Of a stretch of 64,000 nucleotides of DNA, positions 1-11,742 are shown in pieces. The notes beneath the pieces are model-generated. The model did no database searches. It was not told the DNA's origin and saw only the letters and a program-made list of their open reading frames with translations. Position 1 is the stretch's first letter; each line of letters starts with the position of its first letter. Location of the stretch: contig CAVSQA010000019.1 in assembly GCA_963729955.1 (NCBI GenBank), positions 69,385 to 133,384 of the forward strand, read 5' to 3'. Both the position numbers and the translations under genes were made by a program. This DNA is from an uncultured Gemmatimonadales bacterium (lineage in GTDB: Bacteria > Gemmatimonadota > Gemmatimonadetes > Gemmatimonadales > JACORV01).

Positions 1-124
1 GCGGAATCCGCGCACCGGTGATCCGGTGGAAGTCGCCGCCCGGCCCGTGCCGGTGTTCAAGCCCAGCAAGGAGTTGCGGGCGATGGTCGCGGAACGGGAC
101 GAACAGATGGCGCCGAAGGCATAG
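1..124 (+). CDS. HU/IHF-family DNA-binding protein, 3' end (partial)
   Basis: Frame from base 2 reads RNPRTGDPVEVAARPVPVFKPSKELRAMV...*, the HU/IHF arm motif (RNPxTG...FKPSKEL). Not in the ORF track. Confidence 0.9.
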   Translation, partial: RNPRTGDPVEVAARPVPVFKPSKELRAMVAERDEQMAPKA

Positions 125-156
125 CGGGGCGCCCGTCACGTCGAGTTCGACACCTG

Positions 157-188
157 AGGCCGGCGCGAAGATGCGCCGGCCTTTTCTT
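157..188 (+). terminator. Rho-independent terminator after the HU/IHF gene
   Basis: Perfect stem AGGCCGGCGC-gaagat-GCGCCGGCCT followed by TTTCTT. Confidence 0.75.
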
Positions 189-202
189 GCGTACGCCTGA
201 GG

Positions 203-365
203 GGTGAGACGCGATATCGTAAGAAGGGCAGGTGAGATGTGAGAGGTCCAAATGCGTGAGAAGGTGCGGCGCGCCCTCTCACGCCCTGCTCCTCTCGCGT
301 CTCACGATCTTCATCCTCTCACGTCTCACCTCGCCGTCTCACCTCTCACTCCTCACCTCTCACGC
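203..365. repeat. Inverted array of ~7-bp repeats (GTGAGA units on the left, TCTCAC units on the right), copy 1
   Basis: Multiple GTGAGA motifs at ~204-263 and many (C/G)TCTCAC motifs at ~276-365, lying between convergent genes. Confidence 0.8.
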
Positions 366-818
366 ATCATCGCTTGCCTTCTCGAACGCCTTCAGCTCCG
401 GGGCGTCCGGCCACTTCTCCCGCACCCGGCGGATGACCTCCTTCGCCCGGGCCGGGTCGTTTCGGCTCAGGCGGTAGATCTCCGCGAGGCGCAGGGCGGA
501 CTGGACCTGCACGTGCCGCGGCACGCCGTCCGCCTCGAGATGGGCCTCCAGCAACCGGATCGTATCGTCGAGCGTGAGCTCCGGCGGCTCCTCCACGGTG
601 GCCGAGCCGGTCAGCGCTCCGACGAGCCAGCCGCCCAGCGGACCCACGACGTTGTCCCACAGAAAATCCCACGCCCACCACGCCGTGCCGAAGGCCCCGG
701 AGGCGGCGAACCACCGGGCGTCACCGGCCAGGCCCAGGATGACGGTGACCACGGTGGCCACGCCGAACATCGCGCGGCCGACGGCACTCGGGGATTCGAA
801 GGAACCGGGCTGAGGCAT
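360..818 (-). CDS. Hypothetical membrane protein with a C-terminal helical (TPR-like) region
   Basis: 152 aa from ATG 818: hydrophobic Trp-rich N-terminal half, then ALRLAEIYRLSRNDPARAKEVIRRVREKWPD resembling a TPR/YfiO-type repeat. Confidence 0.6.
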   Translation of the reverse strand: MPQPGSFESPSAVGRAMFGVATVVTVILGLAGDARWFAASGAFGTAWWAWDFLWDNVVGPLGGWLVGALTGSATVEEPPELTLDDTIRLLEAHLEADGVPRHVQVQSALRLAEIYRLSRNDPARAKEVIRRVREKWPDAPELKAFEKASDDA

Positions 819-912
819 GGGGACTCCGCACTCGGCGTCGCGCCATCTTATATTGTGCCCCGTATCCTTGGCCAGAGTAGAGACCGTACTAACCCAACCC
901 AAAGGGGGGCTC

Positions 913-1428
913 GTGACTACGCGGATACGTCTGCTGTCGGCGGTAGGCGTCGCATGCATGACGGCCGTGGCCGCTCAGCCGGCCCACGCGCAAGGCTGGA
1001 AGTTCGGCCCGGAGTTGAGCTTCGCCACCCAGAGCGTCGGCATCGGCATCGGAGGGCGGGCCGTGTTGGATCTCGTGAAGATGGTCCCGTCCGCCAAGAA
1101 TATCAGCGTGTCGGGGCAGTTCGACTACTTCTTCCCGAGCAGCTCGTTCGGGGTTAGCCCCACCTATTGGGAGATCAACCTGGACGGCGCCTACCACTTC
1201 CCGCTGAGTGGCTCCAAGGTGGTGCCCTACGCGGGCGCGGGCCTCGCCATCGCCCACACGAGCGTGTCGGTGACCGGGTTCGGCAGCGCCAGCTCGACCG
1301 ACATCGGGCTCAACCTGCTCGGTGGCACCACGTTCCCCGAGATGGGCAAGATCACGCCGTTCGCCGAGCTCCGCCTGGAAGTGCGGAGCGGCTCGGTGCT
1401 GGTGGTCACCGGGGGCGTGCTGTTCTGA
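913..1428 (+). CDS. Small outer-membrane beta-barrel protein (OmpA/OmpW-like barrel)
   Basis: Signal peptide ending AHA-Q, alternating beta-strands (PYAGAGL, FAELRLE), terminal Phe. GTG start follows a purine-rich RBS. Confidence 0.8.
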   Translation: MTTRIRLLSAVGVACMTAVAAQPAHAQGWKFGPELSFATQSVGIGIGGRAVLDLVKMVPSAKNISVSGQFDYFFPSSSFGVSPTYWEINLDGAYHFPLSGSKVVPYAGAGLAIAHTSVSVTGFGSASSTDIGLNLLGGTTFPEMGKITPFAELRLEVRSGSVLVVTGGVLF

Positions 1429-3221
1429 TCCGCGCCGCTACCGTCGTCGCTCTCCTGATGCCCTGCGCCCTCCAGGCGCAGGGCATCTCGTATCGCGTCA
1501 GCGTGGGCCACACGGGTGATCGCACCTTTCACGTGCGCGCCGAGTTCCCGGTGCCGGTCGGGCGGGACACCTTCCTGGTCGCCCTGCCGGCCTGGTCCCC
1601 GGGTTCCTACGAGATCATGGACTATGCCCGGTACGTGCACACCTTCTCCGCCGCCACGGCCGACGGGCGACCCTTGTTCTGGGACAAGGCGGACAAGGAC
1701 ACCTGGCGGATCGCGACGGGGGGAGCCACCCGCGTCGTGGTCGAATTCGAGACCGACCCGGACTCGGTCGCGCTCGAGCTGAGCCGGGTAGGGTCCGACT
1801 TCGCGTTCTTCAACGGGACCAACCTCTTTCTCTACCCGGTCGGGGCGGACCTCGAGGTTCCGGCCGACGTCGAGCTCGACGTGCCGGCGCCCTGGCGCAT
1901 CGCCACGGGCCTGACGCCGGCGGGTGCGCCGGGGCGCTACCACGCCGCGAGCTACCACGACCTGGTCGACTCGCCGACCTTTCTCGGCCGGTTCGCCCTC
2001 GACAGCCTGAGCGTGGACGGGCGCACCGTCCGCGTGGCCGTGTACCCCGAGACGTCCCTCACGCCCGCCGTCTGGGACAGCGTGGCCGACGCGCTGAGGC
2101 GGATCGCGGTGACGCAGAACCGGATCATGGGCGGCCCGCCCTACGGCAGCTACACGGTGCTGGTGTACGCGCCGGCGGCCGACCTCGACTGGGCGGGCGG
2201 CCTCGAACACCGCAACTCGCAGTTCGACATCATCGCGCAGGACTTCTTCGCTACCGACCGGCGCCGCGGCGTGCTGGGGGAGTTCACCCGCCCGCTGCTG
2301 TCGCACGAGTTCTTCCACGTGTGGAACGTCAAGCGCATCCGCCCGGCGGCGATGTGGCCGTACGACTACGCGCACGCGCAGTTCACGCCGCTGCTCTGGT
2401 GGTCGGAGGGCGTCACCGACTACTACGCCGACGTGACCCTCGCCCGGGGCGGCCTGTGGTCGGTCGGGCAGTTCGTGGCCAGCATGAATGCCGACGTCCA
2501 GCAGGTCGAGGACGCCGCGGAAATCGTGGCCGTCGAGGACGCGAGCATCGACACCTGGATCCACCCGACCTTCGTGGACGAGGCGCAGTACTACTATCCG
2601 AAGGGCGCGCTGCTCGGGCTCATGCTCGACATCCGGATCCGGGAGGCGACCCACGGGCAACACTCGCTCGACGACGTGATGCGGTCGCTCTTGGCGGACT
2701 ACTGGCGGCGGGGGAAGGGATTCACCACCCGCGACCTGCTCGACGTCATCCGGCCCTGGTACGGCGGCGTGGACGACTTCTACCGCCGCTACGTGCAGGG
2801 GCGTGACGCACTGCCGTACGACAGCGTGCTGCCCGGGGGCGGGATCGCCGTCGAGCGGCGCGAGCAGCGCATCCCGGTGCTGGGCGTGGGCACCGACAAG
2901 GCGGAGGGCGGCGGCGTGCTGGTCAGCGAGGTCGTGCCGGGGTCGCTGGCCGATTCGGTGGGGCTGGAGGCGGGCGACGTGCTGCTCAAGGTGGGCGACG
3001 TCGCGACCAGCGGCCCGGTGTGGCCGCTGATGTTCCAGACGCGCTACGCGGGGGCGGAGGGACGCGAGATCCAGGTGGTCTACCGCCACGCCGGCCGCCA
3101 GGTCGTGCGCGCCGGCACGGTGCGGGTGCGCGTGGCACGGTCCGTCCTCCTCAGGCCGGACCCGCAGGCGCCGGCGGAGGCGCAGGCCATCCTGCGGGGC
3201 ATCGCGGGGCCGCAGCCGTGA
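1425..3221 (+). CDS. M61-family (glycyl) aminopeptidase with PDZ domain, secreted
   Basis: PAWSPGSY, GGLEHRNS, HEFFHVWNVKRIRP zinc motif, EGVTDYY, YYPKG and a C-terminal PDZ-like segment. Start approximate. Confidence 0.9.
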   Translation: MIRAATVVALLMPCALQAQGISYRVSVGHTGDRTFHVRAEFPVPVGRDTFLVALPAWSPGSYEIMDYARYVHTFSAATADGRPLFWDKADKDTWRIATGGATRVVVEFETDPDSVALELSRVGSDFAFFNGTNLFLYPVGADLEVPADVELDVPAPWRIATGLTPAGAPGRYHAASYHDLVDSPTFLGRFALDSLSVDGRTVRVAVYPETSLTPAVWDSVADALRRIAVTQNRIMGGPPYGSYTVLVYAPAADLDWAGGLEHRNSQFDIIAQDFFATDRRRGVLGEFTRPLLSHEFFHVWNVKRIRPAAMWPYDYAHAQFTPLLWWSEGVTDYYADVTLARGGLWSVGQFVASMNADVQQVEDAAEIVAVEDASIDTWIHPTFVDEAQYYYPKGALLGLMLDIRIREATHGQHSLDDVMRSLLADYWRRGKGFTTRDLLDVIRPWYGGVDDFYRRYVQGRDALPYDSVLPGGGIAVERREQRIPVLGVGTDKAEGGGVLVSEVVPGSLADSVGLEAGDVLLKVGDVATSGPVWPLMFQTRYAGAEGREIQVVYRHAGRQVVRAGTVRVRVARSVLLRPDPQAPAEAQAILRGIAGPQP

Positions 3222-3499
3222 CGGCGCCGGCCGGAGCGGGCCAGGAAGGGAGCACGATCCGGGTGCGGATCCGGTTGTTCGCGTCCTACGCCGAGGCGGC
3301 GGGGCGCGCGGAGCTCGACCTGTCGCTCGCCGCCGGCGCCACGGCGGCCGATGCGCTCGCCGCGGTCCGGCGCGAGGCGTGGGCATCCCGGCTCCCGCCG
3401 AGCCCCGCCGTCGCCGTCAACCAGCGCTACACCGGGAGCGGCGTCGCGCTGCACGACGGGGACGAGGTCGCCATCATCCCACCGGTCGCGGGCGGGTAG
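3218..3499 (+). CDS. moaD: Molybdopterin synthase sulfur carrier subunit (MoaD/ThiS family)
   Basis: RLFASYAE...AVAVNQRY...GDEVAIIPPVAGG ending in Gly-Gly; adjacent to moaE. Confidence 0.9.
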   Translation: MTAPAGAGQEGSTIRVRIRLFASYAEAAGRAELDLSLAAGATAADALAAVRREAWASRLPPSPAVAVNQRYTGSGVALHDGDEVAIIPPVAGG

Positions 3500-3557
3500 C
3501 TCGACGACTACGCCGGAGGCTTGCCCGTCGCGAGGCTGCCGGATAACTATGTGGGCC

Positions 3558-3983
3558 ATGAGTCCGTGGCTGACCGACCAGCCGATCGACGTCGGCCAGC
3601 TGGTGGCCGAGGTCGCGTCCGCGGGCGTGGGCGGCACCGTGATCTTCCTCGGCACGGTCCGGCGCTCGGCGGAGGACGGCGACGTCGCGGCCCTCGAGTA
3701 CTCCGCGTACGATGAGATGGCCGAGGCGGAGTTGGGCCGGATCGTGGCGGAGGCGACGGCCCGCTGGCCCGGGGCGCGGGTAGCGCTGCGTCACCGCGTC
3801 GGGCTGGTGGCCGTCGGCGAGCCGAGCGTGGCGATCGTGACGGCGGCGCCACACCGCGCCGAGGCGTACGCGGCCTCGCGGTTCCTGATCGAGGAGACCA
3901 AGCGGCGGGCGCCGATCTGGAAGAAGGAGCGGTTCGTGTCGGGGCGGTCGCGCTGGGTGGAAGGGCAGACGGGGGGAGGGTAA
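3558..3983 (+). CDS. moaE: Molybdopterin synthase catalytic subunit
   Basis: FLGTVR, LEYSAYDEMA, HRVG, APHRAEA and PIWKKE motifs. Confidence 0.93.
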   Translation: MSPWLTDQPIDVGQLVAEVASAGVGGTVIFLGTVRRSAEDGDVAALEYSAYDEMAEAELGRIVAEATARWPGARVALRHRVGLVAVGEPSVAIVTAAPHRAEAYAASRFLIEETKRRAPIWKKERFVSGRSRWVEGQTGGG

Positions 3984-3990
3984 CGCGGCG

Positions 3991-5411
<1,421 letters not shown>

Positions 5412-5447
5412 ACCGCAAATCGGCGAGACTGCAGTCCGCGACAGAGC

Positions 5448-5584
5448 AGTTGCGAGACGCCAAGTGGCGAGTGGTTGTCAGTCCGGAGACCTGAGGGGCC
5501 AGACCAGTTGTCAGTACTGACCAACTGGACTGGCCCCTCTTCACTCGCGTCTGGCAACCACTGGCAACTTGGCGTCTCGGAACT
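5448..5584. repeat. Long imperfect inverted repeat (hairpin) between convergent mdh and sdhB
   Basis: Outer 34-bp arms with 4 mismatches, plus inner ~23-bp arms centred on GTAC. Confidence 0.85.
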
Positions 5585-6365
5585 AACCTGCCCCCGCTTC
5601 TCCCGCTCTCGCAACCCTACGACCCTCCGTCAGGCTCGCCTTCACGAAGTCGGCGTTCATCCGGGCGATGAACAGCACGCTGATGCCCTTGGGGCACGCG
5701 GCCTCGCACTCCTCGTGGTTGGTGCAGCTGCCGAAGCCCTCCGCGTCCATCTGGGCCACCATCGTCCGCGCCCGCTCGTGCGCGCTCGGGCTGGCCCTGC
5801 GGCAGCAGGCCCAGGTGCGAGATCTTGGCGGCGGTGAAGAGCATCGCGGAGGCGTTGGGGCAGGCGGCCACGCACGCGCCGCAGCCGATGCACTGCGCCG
5901 CGTCCATCGCGAGGTCCGCGTTCTCCTTGCGCACCGGAATGGCGTTGGCGTCGGGCGCGCTGCCGATCGGGGCGGCGATGAAGCCGCCGGCCGCGATGAT
6001 CCGGTCCAGCGCGCTGCGGTCCACGATGAGGTCGCGGAGCACCGGGAAGGCGCGCGCGCGCCACGGCTCGATCCACAGCTCGTCGCCGTCGTGGAAGCTG
6101 CGCAGGTGCAGCTGGCAGGTGGTGGTGCGCTCGCGCGGACCGTGGGGCCGGCCGTTGATGACCATCCCGCAGGCGCCGCAGATGCCCTCGCGGCAGTCGT
6201 GGTCGAAGGCGATCGGGTCCTCGCCCCGGAGGATCAGCCCCTCGTTCACCACGTCCAGCATCTCGAGGAACGACATGTCCGGGCTGACGTCGGTCACCGG
6301 GTAGGTCACGAAGCGACCCGCGTCGTCCCGGCCCTTCTGCCGCCACACGTGCAGCACGAGGCGCA

Positions 6366-6366
<1 letters not shown>
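5583..6366 (-). CDS. sdhB: Succinate dehydrogenase/fumarate reductase iron-sulfur subunit (frameshift near 5780)
   Basis: [11 protein letters not shown] and [12 protein letters not shown]; a second frame supplies [19 protein letters not shown]. Confidence 0.93.
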
Positions 6367-8275
<1,909 letters not shown>

Positions 8276-8279
<4 letters not shown>

Positions 8280-8962
8280 CGGACCCATCCGGCCAGCACG
8301 GCGACGGGGAAGGAGCAGTTGCCGATCACGATCAGCAGGGCGAAGCCGCGCGCCGCGGCCCGCGCCCATCGCTTGTAGCGCGGATGGCTCAGGCCCAGCG
8401 TCTGGCACATGCTCCACACGCCGTGGTCGAGGTGCAGCCCGAGCAGCACCATCGCCACGATGTAGAACAGCGAGACCGGCCACACCTGGAATCCCGAGAC
8501 GACGTTGTGATAGACGTCCCCGGGCCGAAACGCGGGATGGACGGTGCCGAAGGTGAGGTGCAGGAGGTGGAACACGATGAACGCGAACAGGATCACGCCG
8601 CCCCAGCGCATGGTGCGGGAGGCGTAGGTGGAGTCCTTCGCCTTCCACCGCCGGTAGTGGTCCGGCCGCGCCGCCCAGCTGTCCAGCGTGAGGGAGGTGG
8701 CCGACCAGACGTGCAGGATCGCGGAAGCCAGGAGGCCGCCGCGCGCGAGCCACAGGCCGCCGCCGTGGAGGAAGGTGTGCAGGAACCGGCTGTAGCCGTT
8801 GATCGCCTCCGGCCCCAGGTACAGCGTCAGGTTCCCGACGAAGTGCCCCAGCACGAAGCCGAACAGCACCAGCCCGGTGACGGCCATCACGACCTTGCGG
8901 CCGATGGTCGACTCGACGTAGGGGAGGCTGACGCGGGGGAGCAACGATGCGGCCGTCGTCAT
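8276..8962 (-). CDS. sdhC: Succinate dehydrogenase cytochrome b558 subunit
   Basis: [13 protein letters not shown], five TM helices with conserved His residues, directly upstream of sdhA. Confidence 0.9.
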
Positions 8963-9075
8963 GCGTGGACCATCTCGACCTCGGGTGGCGCGGGACCTCG
9001 CAGCGGTGCCGGCGACCGTGAATATTCGAAGCTGCCTTGCGCGCAACGCAAGGTGCTCCCTAAGCTAGGCGGCGG

Positions 9076-9372
9076 ATGTCCACCGAACGCAAGATGATCA
9101 TGGGCTGGGTCAAGGTGTGCGTGGCGCCGGAGGTGTTCACCTCACGGTGCGACGACGTGCTCACCCAGCGGGAGAAGGAGTACCTGGCCAGCCTGCAGCG
9201 CAGCGGCGAGATCTTCCTCTCCGGCCCGCTGGCCGACCACTCGGCTGGCCTCGTCGTCTACGACGTCCAGTCGTTCAAGGAAGCCGAAGAGCTGGTGGAG
9301 CGGCAGCCCATGGTGCGAGCGGGCCTGCTGTCGGTCGAGCTGCACGAGATGTTCGCGGTCAACTACGCGTGA
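9076..9372 (+). CDS. YciI-like / dimeric alpha-beta barrel protein
   Basis: 98 aa; GEIFLSGPLAD..GLVVYDV.S..EAEELVERQPM resembles the YciI pattern. Confidence 0.65.
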   Translation: MSTERKMIMGWVKVCVAPEVFTSRCDDVLTQREKEYLASLQRSGEIFLSGPLADHSAGLVVYDVQSFKEAEELVERQPMVRAGLLSVELHEMFAVNYA

Positions 9373-9388
9373 CGCGGAGGCGCACCCC

Positions 9389-9790
9389 ATGGACCCAGGA
9401 CCGAAGCGCCTGATCGTCGTGGGCGACCGGGTGCTGGTCACCCCCGAGGAGGGGGAGGAACGCACCCGGGTCGGCCTCTACCTGCCGCAGACGGCCATCG
9501 ACGCGTTGGCCGTGCAGGGCGGGCGGATCATCGCCACCGGCCCCGGGACGCCGCTGGCCGAGCCCGCCAGCCTGGACGACGAGCCGTGGAAGATCCACGC
9601 CCGCGAGGGTGCGAGGTACGTGCCGATCCAGGCGCGGGTGGGGGACTACGCGTTGTTCTTCCGCAAGGCGGCGGTCGAGATCACGTTCGAGAGCCGCAAG
9701 TACCTCGTGGTGCCGCAGGCCGCCATCCTCGTGCTGGTCCGGCCCAAGGACGGGGAAGAGGCGCTGGAGGGCGAGGCGGAGGAGCTGTGA
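9389..9790 (+). CDS. GroES-family co-chaperonin-like protein (no groEL nearby)
   Basis: VGDRVLV, GLYLPQTA, GRIIATGPG, VGDYALF, YLVVPQAAIL. Confidence 0.85.
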   Translation: MDPGPKRLIVVGDRVLVTPEEGEERTRVGLYLPQTAIDALAVQGGRIIATGPGTPLAEPASLDDEPWKIHAREGARYVPIQARVGDYALFFRKAAVEITFESRKYLVVPQAAILVLVRPKDGEEALEGEAEEL

Positions 9791-9797
9791 GGGGGAG

Positions 9798-9905
9798 GTG
9801 GCCCTGGCGGCCTTCGTCGGCCGGGTGGTCGCCGACGGGCGCACCAGCGCCTTCTTCCGCGGCGTGGACGCCGATTCGCTGAAGGACATCGTGACGAAAA
9901 GGTGA
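9798..9905 (+). pseudogene. 35-aa ORF resembling a fragment of a group 1 truncated hemoglobin
   Basis: AFVGRVVADGRTSAFFRGVDADSLK resembles the trHbN B/CD region; strong GGAGG RBS; ends at the repeat array. Confidence 0.4.
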
Positions 9906-10070
9906 GAGGTGAAGAGTGAGACGTGAGAGGTTCAGGTGAGAAGTGAGAGGCCGAACGACGTGGGAGGGCGTGCGCGCGGCGTCTCACGCCTTCCGCCTCT
10001 CACCTCTCACGTTGGCCTCTCACCTCTCACTTCGACCTCTCACGTCTCACCCCTCATCACTCCTCACGCA
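9890..10070. repeat. Inverted array of ~7-bp repeats (GTGAGA left / TCTCAC right), copy 2
   Basis: GTGAGAG/GTGAGAC units at ~9902-9950 and CCTCTCA/CGTCTCA units at ~9980-10068, between convergent genes. Confidence 0.85.
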
Positions 10071-10626
10071 TTACAGCTTCGGCAGCGTCACCCCCTGCTG
10101 CTTCTGGTACTTCCCCTTCTTGTCGGCGTACGACACCTCGCGGCGGCTCGTCGCCCTGGAAGAACAGCACCTGGGCGATGCCCTCGTTGGCGTAGATCCG
10201 CGCGGGCAGCGGCGTGGTGTTCGAGATCTCCAGCGTCACGAACCCCTCCCACTCGGGCTCGAACGGCGTCACGTTGGTGATGATGCCGCAGCGCGCGTAG
10301 GTGGACTTGCCGACGCAGATGGTGAGCACGTCGCGCGGGATCCGGAAGTACTCGACCGACCGCGCCAGCGCGAAGGAGTTGGGCGGGACGATGCACACGT
10401 CGCCCTCGAACGCGACGAACGACTTGGGGTCGAAGGCCTTGGGGTCCACGATCGCCGACAGCACGTTGGTGAAGATCTTGAACTCGTGGGCCACCCGCAT
10501 GTCGTACCCGTAGCTCGAGACGCCGTAGGAAATGACGCCCTGGCGCACCTGCGCGTCGGCGAAGGGCTCGATCATCCCGTGTTCGCGCGCCATCCGGCGG
10601 ATCCAGCGATCGGACTTGATGCTCAT
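10071..10626 (-). CDS. dcd: dCTP deaminase (frameshift near 10140)
   Basis: [38 protein letters not shown]; tail [21 protein letters not shown] is in another frame. Confidence 0.95.
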
Positions 10627-10667
10627 GGGCTCCCGCGGGTCGAGGGACGGCGCAATATACCGATTTC

Positions 10668-10696
10668 TTGAATTCCGATTTGGCCGCCACTAGCTT
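10668..10696 (+). promoter_or_regulatory. Putative sigma70 promoter of the nuo operon
   Basis: TTGAAT-17 bp-TAGCTT. Confidence 0.55.
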
Positions 10697-10740
10697 TCGC
10701 TCCTGAATTCTGGCGCGACCTCTCACGCTTTCCGGAGAGC

Positions 10741-11115
10741 ATGCTGCAACCCTACATCCCCCTCGTCCTGCTGATCGGGTTCGTCGCTTTCAGCGCGGTG
10801 ATGATGGTCGCGCTCTCGCATCTGTTCTCGTCGTCCCGGCCCACGCCGGTCAAGTCGCTGCCCTACGAGTCGGGCATGACGCCGCTGGGCAACGCCCGCG
10901 AGCGCTACGACGTGAAGTTCTACCTCGTCGCCGTGCTGTTCATCGTGTTCGACATCGAGGTCGTGTTCATGCTGCCGTGGGCGGTGGCGTTCCGGCAGCT
11001 GGACCTGTTCGGCCTGGGGATCGGCGGCGCGCTGGTGGAAATGGCGATCTTCGTCGCGGTCCTGGTGGTGGGGTACATCTACGTATGGAAGCGCGGAGCC
11101 CTGGAGTGGACGTGA
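10741..11115 (+). CDS. nuoA: NADH-quinone oxidoreductase subunit A
   Basis: [27 protein letters not shown]. Confidence 0.95.
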   Translation: MLQPYIPLVLLIGFVAFSAVMMVALSHLFSSSRPTPVKSLPYESGMTPLGNARERYDVKFYLVAVLFIVFDIEVVFMLPWAVAFRQLDLFGLGIGGALVEMAIFVAVLVVGYIYVWKRGALEWT

Positions 11116-11735
11116 CCGGCCCGGAGGATCTGGCCCGGGACGACGCGGCGCTGCGCTCGGGCTTCCTGTCCCCCAACTGGGTGACGACGCGGCTCGACGA
11201 CCTGGTCAACTGGTCGCGCGCCAACTCGCTGTGGCCGATGGCCTTCGGCACCGCGTGCTGCGCCATCGAGTTCATGGCCACGGCGGCGAGCCGCTTCGAC
11301 CTGGCCCGGTTCGGCATGGAGCGGGTGGCGTACTCGCCGCGGCAGGCGGACGTGCTGATCTGCGCGGGCCGGCTGCCCTTCAAGCTGGCGCCGGTCATCC
11401 GCCGGGTGTGGGATCAGATGCCGCAGCCCAAGTGGTGCATCTCGATGGGGGCCTGCGCCTCCACCGGGGGCATCTTCGACAACTACGCGATGGTGCAGGG
11501 CATCGACACCATCGTGCCGGTGGACGTCTACGTGCCCGGCTGCCCGCCGCGGCCGGAAGGCCTGCTGTACGGCATCCTGATGCTCCAGAAGAAGATCAAG
11601 CGCGAGACGGTGTTCGACCCCGACCTCAGGGTCGAGCAGCTCGCCGACCAGCGGGGCCTGTTCCTCGAGCCGGCGGCGGTGGACGAGGTGTCCGAGCCGT
11701 TCGGCAACTCGGTGCACCAGACGCGGTCCGCCTGA
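11112..11735 (+). CDS. nuoB: NADH-quinone oxidoreductase subunit B
   Basis: [29 protein letters not shown]. Confidence 0.95.
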   Translation: MTGPEDLARDDAALRSGFLSPNWVTTRLDDLVNWSRANSLWPMAFGTACCAIEFMATAASRFDLARFGMERVAYSPRQADVLICAGRLPFKLAPVIRRVWDQMPQPKWCISMGACASTGGIFDNYAMVQGIDTIVPVDVYVPGCPPRPEGLLYGILMLQKKIKRETVFDPDLRVEQLADQRGLFLEPAAVDEVSEPFGNSVHQTRSA

Positions 11736-11742
11736 CGTCGGC

